Below, one piece after another: positions 52,441-64,000 of a DNA stretch of 64,000 nt. Numbering within the stretch: position 1 is the stretch's first letter; the number at the start of each line of letters is the position of its first letter. A model generated the notes under the pieces. That model did no database searches. It was not told the origin of the DNA and saw only the letters and a list, made by a program, of their open reading frames with translations. The translations under genes were made by a program, and so were the position numbers. Origin of the DNA: Lama guanicoe (taxonomy: Eukaryota); the NCBI GenBank assembly GCA_013239625.1, contig MU054187.1, positions 12,990,974 through 13,054,973 on the forward strand. The letters are read 5' to 3'.

Positions 52441-55400
52441 GTTACTACATATATATGCATGCATAGGTAATCAATATCATATATACTATAATTTTTTAAT
52501 AATATGCTTCCTACCGTCTTGACTTAAGACAGATCATACCAGAAGAATAATTAATTATATATTGACGAGACTTGATAGAACTCATGCCACAAATTGACAT
52601 TTTGACATTTATCATCACAGCATTCACTAAACACTCAGTCCATTGTAAAAAAAAAAAGTTTTGCCTTTGAGATACTCAATAGTTTTTCATAAAGACTGTC
52701 AAAATACTATCATGTCTCAGAATTGCTTCAGTTGGGTTGAGAGGAGGTGGAGGGTGACAATTAAAACTAGATTGGCTATGAGTTGACAACTGCTGAAGCT
52801 GGAAGATGGTTACCTGGGTGGTTCATTACACTATGCTATTTTTGTAGATTCTGGAATTTTCCATAAGTCTTTTAAATCAGCACTTAAGATATTACTAATA
52901 TTAACATGTTAGTAGAGGATTGGTACACAACTTTAAGATTTAAATGCATAATTTACTAGTTCCATAATTATTCCTATATGTAAAATTTCAGCTATATTTG
53001 ATATGTTTGGTAAGTGTATAATAATCAAAAAATCCTCAAGGATGGACCACAAACTATACTGGGTGCGTTTATAAAAACTGGAAGTCTAGAACACTAGACT
53101 ATCTGACAGCATTTCTCTTGACTATTTTTCCAACATAGTAATTTTAAACCTTATTATAGTAGTTTTTAAGAGGGCTAAATATTTATCCCCATTAAGGCCT
53201 GCCAGGTATAGTATCCCAAATGTACTTAATAAATTGCACCTTCCTTGAGAAAAAAAAAAGGTGATGGATTGAAAAATGTTTAGCTCAACCATGCATAATT
53301 GATAGGTTCCCTAGTGCAAATAAGTGTCTAATAAATAATTAAATTTAATCTCATTATAAGGGTTTTCATAATGGGATAATTTAATTAAATGAAAGCCAAA
53401 AGGGTTTCTAAGGGTTGAAAGATGTTAATGTTGCTATATTTGGCTAATGGTCTGGGGATGCTATAGTGAAGAAAGTAATTCACATGGGCACATGCATTAT
53501 TTAATGAATCCCTCTGAGATGGAAGAAAGGACAGATCAATGGTAAGTTGTCATTTTAATCATTGCTTACAAAGCACATTTAAACAACCTAGGGTATGTTA
53601 AAGGTGGAAAATATGCAAAAATTAACAATTGCTTTAAAAGACAAAGTACCTACATTCATAATATTATAGTGGAGGTTTTTTTTTAAATTGAAATATACAT
53701 TTTCTCTGCACCATTCTTTCTACTTTGGATCTATTACTAAGATGAAAATAAATAAAATCTCTTAAGCTGCTATACAGTCAGGTCAGATCTGGCTCTAAGT
53801 GAAAGTAATAATGGATACAGCATGTCTATCTGATACTAAAAAATTGATAGCTGAGTCATGAGGGACCCATTAACAAGCTTTTTGAGTGAGCAGAGTTTTG
53901 TGCTTCAAGTCTCCAGGAGCACTTAGCCGGACTAGGATAGTAAAATTGTAGTCTAAGTAGTTATCTCAGTTACAGGTGATCAGTTATGAGTTAATACGAA
54001 TGGTGAAAGACATCATTCTTCTATCAGATATTATTTTTAAAAGCATCATTTTGTGAGAGGCAAAGATGCAAACACCACAAAATTTGAGCCAGGTGGTCCA
54101 GGCAAGTTTTTTTTTCCTTCCAATAACATGGTGCCTAATGATGTATAGACCAGGCACACTTGATTTTTTTTTTTAAAGTTAAACATAATTTCATGTAGTG
54201 CCCATGTCCAAATGTGCACTTAAAATGACACAAAACTAACCCATTGTCCTGAGAGTACAGGGTCTATATCTGGGACAAATGGTCCACCCCCTGAAACCTG
54301 AGTCATGGGGCTCTCCAAGTCTTGGAAAGGAGGGACCTTGTTTACAGGGAAACTCCTCGTTTTCATCAGGGATAAGGAGATGGATGAGCAGTGGTCGCTA
54401 CTTCAGTCCCCAAGAGTGATCAATCAATTCCCTTAATGTTGTTGCCGTTTTCATGAATCCTGCTGAAACTTTGATGAATCTTTCTCCTCGATAGGAATTT
54501 CTAATAGAAGTACAGATGAAAGGACTTGTGACATCCCCTCGTCCCAGTACATCAAGGCCAAAAAAGGTGACTTGCTCAAGGCCATCCAACTGTTTAATAG
54601 CAGAATGAAATTGAAACCCTAGGCTTTCTGAGTGCTAGTCTGGGGGTTATTTTTTAACCATGCCAACTGGCCCAGAGGAATTTTTTTTAAATAATGGTGA
54701 CATAATACTCAGTGTATCTCAAAACTTGTGTCCATCATTACAAGCTCAAGTGTGTATGTGGTGGGGAGGGGCAATTTGTGGATAGGGAAGTCCTGAAAGG
54801 TTGAGGAAATAAACGATGCAGCTCTTTGAACAAATGTTTGACCGTGGCAGCGGTCAACCAAGGGTTACACAAATACAGTGACTTGGCTTTATCCAGGTCT
54901 TCACTTGTCCTCCTCCAAACTTCCTCCCCGCTCTCTAACCTTCAATTAAGACATATGGGATGTCAAAAAGGTAGCTGAAACACTGAACTAATGTGCTCTC
55001 AATAGCTGCTGCCACTGCACCTGCAAAATGAACAAAGGTTTGTGTTGTCCACATGAATATGTGTGTGCAAAGGGTGAAGCTGGACAGGGCTGACCCTCAG
55101 ATTGCAAAAGCACAGGCATCAATATTCTAGGTATGTTGGGTAGTGTTGGGATAAGTTACTATCACTATCCATTTTTAAAGGAGATGTTTCTGCAATGCTC
55201 GGATACCAACTTCCAGATTTTTTTGATCTGAATGTCTGGTTTCACTTAATGGAAAGATAAGAATTCTGCACCTGGGAATTTCTTTTGTAGTAAATATCCT
55301 TTGTTTTGAATGACTCTGGAAAAAAAAATGGTTACTTCGCTTTTGATAAGGAGACCTTACGGTTTTATTCTGTTCTGTTTTACAGAGAAGTCAGTGATAG

Positions 55401-58400
55401 TCGGGTGAGTTTTTCTGGGGAAGGACAGAGGATATTTGGGACAACTTTTCTAATCCATTCTTCCTCTGGGGACACTAAGGGTTTTATTCTCTAGGGCTGC
55501 TGTCTCTTCTATTGGTTATGGGTCTTTAGAAATGGGATGGCCAGGTGGCAGAATATTTGCTCAGTAGTTTCTCAGGCATAGCAAGTACAATGCCCCAGGC
55601 AGACACGCTCCTAATCTGTTCATAACTAGAGTTTGGTCTTTGTGGTTGTCGGTGCATTCTCAGGGGAAGGAACTTATCTACAGACACCTACCTTTACTAG
55701 ACCCAATACTCTAAGACAAGTCTGATTAATTTCACTTTACACTTGAAGACTAAACTTAGAGACATGCAGAAACGCAGCCAAAATCACAAATATAAATGGA
55801 AAAATTGGGATCTAAATTCTGGGTTTTTTTAAATTAAAAAATGTGTTTTCCCTTCAGTATAAGATGCTATAAAATACTATTGCTCGGAAAGGAGTTATGT
55901 TTTCATGCTGTTGTGGTTAGGGTGGGGTGTGTATCTTTGCTACCAATCCAAAGTTTAGATCTCTTACAGCACAAAACTAGGCTGACAAAAATATTCTTTA
56001 AGGCTGGATTTAAATAATAACGATAGCGTGCTGTTTGAAACAGCTGAAATAATTTCCCCTGACAACAACAGTACAAATAGGATTGATGCTCATTTCAGTG
56101 TTCCTAATTAGAATGTAACTTTCATGATTGTTCTTGGAATGTTTTTATCTTTATGTTCTCTGATCCATCCAATTGTAACGGGACATTATTTGGTTTTATT
56201 TTTCAAATTTGGGAGAGAAATCCATAATTAAATTGATTCCATTTCTTTAGGATATCCAAATAATAGTAGTAATTTTCAACAAACGTATAATATTTCATTG
56301 GCTTTCTGGTTTAGTTTACCCCCATTTTCTTTTCATTGCACATTGTGTCTCTGTATAAAGGATTAGCAGTCCACGACAGACAAGGTAAGAAATGAAACAA
56401 ACATCTTCTTTGGTGATTTCATTTAATGTCATTCATGTATGCAATACCTCTATTTGAAAATGTCTAATGAAGTCATTTTGATATTTTCTCCTGTATATCC
56501 ACTTTTTTTTAAATAAAATAGTTAACAGCAAACTATATATGACTCTTGATTCAAAGGTGTACATCCCCAAATAACTCTATTGTATACATGTTTTTCTAGA
56601 AACCTGAAAAGAACTGAGTAGATACAGGTCTTGGATAGCAGGTTAGGATCACTTTCTAGCCAGGTGAACTGTTTTTATTTTGTTCCCTTATCTTTTGCTA
56701 ATGTTTCTATTTCTTTTTTTACCTTAGGTGAACATTAGGCAACAGCCTCATATGTTTAGAAGAATGGCCTCCTCCTTACAAAAGTTGCAATCTTCCCGCT
56801 GCTTTCAAATATAAAACAAAAAACTTGATGAAAGTACCTAAAAGACCCACATCACCTGCCACCGTTACTTTCTGAGCATTCCCATTCCAGGCCTAAGAGC
56901 TTTTCAGTCATAGAATGTTGCCAAGAAAATAGACGTCTTGAGAATCACACAAGCAATCTGATTTCTTACAACAATTATAGTCAGATCCACAATCTCTAGT
57001 TAATATATTCAGACCTATGACATGCTTAGGTCCTCATGAGTTAAAATTCAGTGATTCAGATAGTAACAATGACTTATAAAATATATTAGAAAGTAAACAT
57101 GATTGTTGGCTCAAAAATTAAAATTCAATTATTGCACTTAGAAGGTCCTAAAATTCTTTGCCAAAGAAGAATCCTGGGTTTTTCATCCATGAACATACGT
57201 TGTATATGGGATATTTGTATGAAGACAGAAGTTTCCCCCAAATCCAAAACTCATCTTAATAAAATGTGAAGCTCATTGAAATTAAAACTTATCAGAGAAC
57301 AGAACTATTCAGACAGGAAATGTTGATCTCAGTAAGACGGCAGAATGTCATCTTATCTGCTCAGCTGGAAAAGTGTACGTTTGCAGTCTGTGCATTTGTT
57401 TTTTCTTGCTCTATGTGATCGATGCTAGTTCCCCTTGAACTTTCTGCCTGCTAAGGGTTTTAATTTTAACTTGTATAAGGTGAGAAGTCTTTTGTGACGC
57501 TGCAGGTGTCTGTCCTCACCTTGGCCCAACGGATGGTGTCCATGGGTTTCCAGGTTTCCCAGGTCCCGTCCAGACTCTCGCCTGGGAGCAGGGACCAGGC
57601 CTCTGTAGGAACTGCCACCAAAAATCAGAGAAAATTCCCCGCAGAACTTCAGGGAGGCAAAAAGAGCTCCCTGAGTCTTTTTTTTTTTCCATTGTTTCTA
57701 GGAAAATGCACGCTTAAAAACAATTCCTTGAAGAGGGAGAGGTTAAGAAAGCAAACAACAAACTCTTGAAACGGTAAAATGTCATTTGTAAAAATTAGAT
57801 ATGTGAATGAATTTTACTAATCTAAAAAAATCCTCATTTGTCAATAAGCCTATGAAATTTTTCCAGTATTTTTAACTCAGACATGTTCTGAAATGTGAAT
57901 AATTATTCCTCCCACAGCACACACATGAATGGGAAAAGCCTTCTGTGTACAGCCGGTTAGTGGGTAATGCCCCTCATCCAAGGGGCTTAATAGCTAAAGT
58001 ATCTAACTCCTTTCCAGGATTTGGGTCTCCTTGGATCACATAAGGCTATCTTAATTCTCCATTAAATCCTTAATGTATTTGTGCGTGTGTGTGTGTGTGT
58101 AGGTGAGTGTATTTGCTGCTTTGGTATCATTGGGACCATGTCTCAGGATTCTAACGTAAACAAGCATGCTTACTGGAAAAGTCTGAAAGAAGGCTGATAT
58201 TCCTGGGACTCAGTGGACAGGCCAGCACTGAGATGGGGCAGAGCCAACGATGGGCAAAGGATCCGAAAAGGGAAGTTCTGAGACAAACTCAGTCCAGGCT
58301 GGATGTCCAAAGATCTGGGGGTTCGGGGCAGAAAAGGCGAAAAGGTCCTAATTAAAGCCACAGAGACTTCATGAAGCTGAATCTGATTTATGATACAACT

Positions 58401-61400
58401 TTATATTTCTTTTGCTGGGATGTTTGGATTAGGGGAGTGAGACTAAGGAAGGAAATATGACATCACTCATTCTGGTGGATACTCTGTAAAGTTGAATAAT
58501 AATGAGTATGCATTTATAAGTTAAATCAAATACTTCAGCATGGCCTAAACCGACTGCTGTGTGTGATTTCTTTAATCATAGGTTGCAAATCATAGCTCTT
58601 GATAATATGATTTTGTAACTTCTAAGAGAACTTTAAATGGCAATCTGCTCATTCTTACATAGAGACATTAAGAAGAAAAAGTCAAATTATTACTTCCATG
58701 TGAAGCATCCTAAGAGTGAAATGAGGATGGGGGCTATATCTGGATGGTAAGACAGTAGATGTCCCAGATGTATCTGATATACCAGAGCTACCATTTGCCA
58801 TAGAATCTGGCCAAGGAAACATCACTGGAGTTCAGATAAAGAGAGTCGGGTCTTTGTGGGGGATGAGGTGTGCAGGTGATTACCAACTCAGGACAGTAGA
58901 GACATACTCTCCTGTGCCTCCTGGCTTCCTCAATCCCCTTGACCAGATTAAAAACTAGGTCTGCAAAATAGAGATCTGGTATACTCAAAATCAAGTTAAA
59001 AACTTCCATAATATAAAAGATCAATAACTCATCATTTTGTTTTATAAATTAGAAAGACTGATCCCCAAATCCAACCTCTTTTAATATGGCAGTACTTGGA
59101 CTTTCCGTCTCTCCCTTTTTTTTTCCCTAACATAGAGTTGTTCTTAAAAAAATAACTTTTTGTGTATGACTGAAATTTTTGTCCTCCTTAAAACATAGAA
59201 TTTATCCTTTAACCCTAAAGATTCCTAAAGGAGAAAAGACACAAACAAACAGGAAGAAGACCTAGAATGAGAAATCTGACACCCTGACCTAAAATTGGCA
59301 TGAAGTGGATTGCACAATAGCGTCAATCATGATTGCAACTTGTGAGATTTATGTGATTTCTAACTGAGTATGAAGCTGGTCTGCCTTGAAGCACTATCTT
59401 TCCTTTCTCTACTTCAGCGTGACTGATCTAAACTTAGAAGTGGTTTCCAAGCTATGATGTTTGTCCTCTCGAAACATTGCAATTTTTTTGGTCTTTTTTC
59501 CCATCTCTTGTTGCAGACTGAAATTGGCCTTGATGTTGCTAGATGGGAATTTCCGCGGGGCAAGCCCACTACAGCACTTTGTGGGTGTTTTTCTTCCTAC
59601 TTCGTTTACTTAGCTTATTCTACGTCTCCTGGCTGTGTAGTGACCTGCTTATAGTTTTGCTTTACGGGCTTTCTTTTTAAATGATAAAGATTAAAAACAA
59701 AAGAGAATAAATTTCCTGGGCATCAAGCCAAAATATACAGGGAAAAAAAGAGACATGGAACACTCAAGAAGATATCTCCATTCAGAGCAACTGATTACTC
59801 TCCAAATTGTATTTCATCACTGCCTTAGTGGATGGTACTGAATAAATCACATACTTCTCTCACCTCGTTGTGGACTAAGATCCTGTCTCCTTTTATGCTT
59901 TAGGAAATGCCTAGTGAAGTCAATGACTTAAAAATTCGTAATGTGTTAATACACTAACTGCTTTATCCACCTCTTCCCTCTCAATTTCTTTTTTCTGTCT
60001 TTAATTTTTTCTTAATCTACCCTTGTGGTCTCAGCTACACAAATGGTTAAATAGAATGCCAGGTGTGGTTCAATATACATTAAAAAATAAATGTAAAAAC
60101 CCCAAACCAGGAAACCTAGTGCATCTCAAAACTAGTCAGAGCTAGAGAAGCAATATAATTTATCCTTTCAGGAAAGGGTCATGTGGGTGAGTCTGCATTG
60201 GCTTGTGACCATATTTCCATTGAATGAATCTGATGAGATAGGTTAGCAAATGTTTGGAGCACGGGAGAAAATACCATGACTGAAAATACGGACTGACGGA
60301 CTGAAATGGGTTGACCAAGAAAAAGCTTTGTTTAGTAGGGGTTTTTGTGGAGGAGGTGGGCTACAGAGGATGTGTGGATAAACATTTTTTTTTTAGGAGG
60401 GGAGGGAATTAATAAAATGTATTTAGTGTAACATCAATTGCTATTCTAAAACATTAACAGCACCCTATGTTGTTATGTGGCAATGTGGCACTAAAAAAAA
60501 AAAGAAGAAGAAAAGAAAAGAAACAAAATAAAACGAGTGAAATGCCAGAATAAGATTTATGCAATAGTTACAAAACAAAAACTCCCTCACGAATTAAAAG
60601 TGTAATCAACTTCCTTTGTATAGGAAAATTTGGTAATGCAAAATACATGAGTAAAATCAATATTCAAGGCTTAAATGTTCAAATGTTCGCTCTTATCTAA
60701 GTGCAGAAAGAACTGGGGGAAATACTCCGTACAGAACAACAAGAAATAGACAAACATTCCTAGAACAAGATCCTGCGTGTAGCCAATTCTAGCCCGCTGG
60801 CTCGGCTAGTTACCTCAATCTGAATAAGAAACGCTGTTAAATTTAACAAAGAACATCTGTTTTTCATTTGAGGTGCATTCAAGTGTTCATTAAAGTGTCC
60901 TAACTGCTCTTTTCTTTTTCTATTTCACAATGGCTTTCCTTTCTAATACCATTGCAAGTTCAGCATGTGACTTAAAAAACCTCGGAGTCCTTGTGGCATT
61001 TCCTTTGAAATATGCCAGGAGAAACAAGGGAGAAAGCTGAAATCTCTAAGTTTAATAACATTTTACTACCATTCACCTTTTCCATACTTCCTAGGGGTGT
61101 TTATTTTCTACAATTATTCCACTAGGCTTCGCTGAACCTGAATACCCCAGAGGCTTTCACTCCCGTCTGCAGGGAGGCCAGGAAAACTGAGCTTGAAAGC
61201 GAGTTACTCGTGTTAGCCCCTTTGATGGAAGTATTTGGTCACCTTCTATAGGAGGAGAAATCAGTTCAAAATAGTTTAAATGCAGTGCCTCAGATTGCTT
61301 TGTTCTGCCAAATTCATTTGAATACATAATTTATCCTGAACATCAAAGTCATCATTTTTCAAATATTTCCTTTGTTTTCTAGAAAGCATTAGGCCCCCAA

Positions 61401-62024
61401 AATTAACAAACAAACTTGGATACTTATTTTCTTGAAGAAATAGAAAATATTTTACAGACTTACAGGGCAGACCTATCAGATTTTAACCAATAAATACCAT
61501 GTAAATACAATCAAACCTATTTTTGTCTTAGTAAATGATTAAAGATGTTTAATCATCCAAGTACACATCTACGCTGTTTTGGGGGGGAAAAAAGCATATT
61601 TTTAAGCACATTGTAAAAATGTTGCTAAATACATACACTCTTTGATAAAAATCTTTGTATTTTAGATAATTTAGGTCAAATTATAATAATATACCACATT
61701 GGGAAGCACCCGGTAGAAGATATGTAGAATTATCTTGTGGTTGAAAAAGCAACACAGAAATCATCAGTCCCACTATGAAATAATAGATCTTTGTCAAAGA
61801 TCACTTATCTAATATGATGAATTGTTCACAATGTTATAGATGGAAAAACAAAGCCTGCCTCACAGTAAGCTCTCAGTAAACATTGGGCCCTCACAAATAA
61901 TGCATTGAATAAAGAGGTGGAGGGGACAAGCCAAGAATCTATCATTCTATTTTATGGAAAAGGGACTCATGCTGTTTCCTGTTAGCGCTTCTGATTCCCT
62001 GCCCAATTTGCCCTCTTGAGATAA

Positions 62025-62125
62025 TTTTTTTATCCAGCTTTATTGAGATATAATTGATATATAACACTGTGTAAGTTTAAGGTGTACAATGTGATGATTT
62101 GATACAAAGATACGCTGTGAATGCG
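62025..62125 (-). mobile_element. L1 extreme 3' end fragment
   Basis: ttttttatccagctttattgagatataattgatatataacactgtgtaagtttaaggtgtacaatgtgatgatttgata. Confidence 0.85.
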
Positions 62126-62559
62126 ATATTTTGCATAGAAGGGACAGGATGGTTCTCATATGTGTACTACTGCTACTCTATTATTCCTATTGATAAAAAA
62201 GGTGAACTATAAATTAGCAGTTATTTAGTCTTTCCAAATTAATTTTTTTTTATCATTTGGGCAAAAACTACCCTGTAGTTTAATTTTGGCATTATCAACA
62301 CAATCAAGTACTTGATGGAAATTATGAGAATTGATGACTGAGATATATATGTGTGTGTGTATACATAAATGGCTTTAAAATGCAAGTACATTTGCACTAG
62401 TAGAAATAAATTACAAATAGCCATGGTGAGCAATGTTTTACTGGTATGGCCTGAGCCACTGTATATATTTGAAAGAAATAAATATATTTTATTTAAAATT
62501 TACTAATCCTATAATTAAATCTTAATTTACGGGTTTTATCTTCTCTGAGAGGTCTAATA

Positions 62560-62800
62560 ATAACCAGCCTTTATTGAACAATGTATGTGCCAGCAGATTT
62601 GCTACATCCTTTACATGTATTATCCCTTTCAAATGTTCCTATAATCAGAGGGAGCTATCTTTAAGATAATTTTTATCCTCATGTTACAGCTTCAGGAGAG
62701 TGGTGTTCAAAAAGGTTAATACAATGCCCGGAGTCACATACAACTGGTCAGTGGCAGGGATGGAAGTCTTAATTTGCAACCTGTTAACTATACCTGAGCA
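62560..62800 (-). mobile_element. MIR SINE
   Basis: tttattgaacaatgtatgtgccagc...atcctcatgttacagcttcaggag...gtcacatacaactggtcagtggcaggga. Confidence 0.7.
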
Positions 62801-64000
62801 CAAAAGAATCCAGTAGGGCAAGAGAATAAATTAGGGAAATGAATACTGGGAAACCTATATTAAAATCTTGAAATAGGGGAGATATGAACAAGATGGAGCT
62901 CATGAATCAATACTGTTTGGAATAGTGCCCTGTGTCATCAACCCTGATTTGGGCTAAGAACATCCAGTTGAGTCATGCCTAGAAATAACCTGTGGTAAAT
63001 AATTAACTCCCTTAGGAGAGGCTGGAGCCAGCCCATCTGGGATGCTGGCCAAGGGGTTGTTATCCCTGAAACCAACTGGGGCTGGAGCTGTAAAGGTTCC
63101 TGAAGCGGCCAGAAATGGAGAAGCCAAAGGATAAAGAGTCCTTGTAGAGTGTGGAGTCAAAAGCTACCTAAGCCACTTTCAGATCCAGCTCAAAAAGCGA
63201 GGTGGGAGAAGACGAGGAACAAGCAAAAGGCTGGAAGAGATGAGGAGGCAGAAACAAAACCTGCAGAGCCTCAGAACATGGGAGAAGATAACTGGGCTCT
63301 CATTAAGTGGATATAGCCTTTGCAGAGTTGAGACAGACATCCAAAAACCTCTCAGATCTAAGAGGAATTTTTAGTTTCACTCTGATGGTTATGGATAGCT
63401 TAGCATGTCATGTCTAAATAGTCCTCTCCCTAGTATTAACTCAGATGCTAGACAAGAAATCTATTAATACCTACTTGTATATGGATCAGGTTCTCAGTCC
63501 TCTGTTAAGTGCAAAGAGAAAGAGAAAGGAAATAAGATACAGTCCTTGTTCCTCAGCCTTCCATCTTGCCTGCCTCTCTTCCTCCAAACTTCAGCATCAC
63601 TCAGGAGTGTCTCTTTCCCTTGACCCACGGAGAGATCGCGTCAACTCACTCTGCCTTTGAGATGTCTCCTGAACCCAGTACTGTCTTCTACTTTCCTTTT
63701 TCCACCACTCTGGTCTGGGCCCACAAGCCTACCTTAGCAATTCCTAGCATTGCTCTTCTGTAGATGGCTAATTCCACGGGGATGGTTGGAGTCATTACTC
63801 TGCCAACCTCAATACAAAAAAAAAAAAAGGAGAAAAAAATTTAAAAATAAGGTCCCAGGGGTAGATAAGTATAGGAAACACAGGATTAAATATAGTTAAA
63901 CAGGTGTCTTTACTGAGGAACTGCTCTGGGCCTTTAAAATATGCTAATTTGTTTTGTGCTTCCTCAAGAATACGCTGCAGAGGGTCCAAATTTATGATTG

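Noticed and set aside
60285..60305. acggactg duplicated twice
   Set aside because: An 8-nt tandem duplication is too short to be meaningful.

Overview
Mammalian genomic DNA, most likely camelid, judging from a tRNA-derived SINE resembling the camelid Vic-1 family. The window holds the 5' end of EYA1 (eyes absent homolog 1) on the minus strand: a CpG-island first exon ending at 11221, a 50-nt second exon (6019-6068) and a 119-nt exon (4368-4486) with the canonical [19 protein letters not shown] start. The rest of the gene lies beyond coordinate 1. Positions ~12-64 kb are upstream or intronic sequence, rich in transposon relics between ~19.6 and 52.5 kb (L1, L2, MIR, LTRs, hAT MITEs) and repeat-poor elsewhere. 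The most interesting structure is the EYA1 leader. The spliced 5' UTR is stop-free and in frame with the main ORF for 123 codons and contains a CUG in strong context. Exon 2 is read in two frames, tandem donors lie 9 nt apart, and there are several uORFs. The coding exon also carries a 9-nt in-frame deletion relative to human/mouse as I recall them. No prokaryotic-type system, CRISPR array or intact RNA gene was seen. Repeat family names come from recognition of consensus motifs, not from a search.
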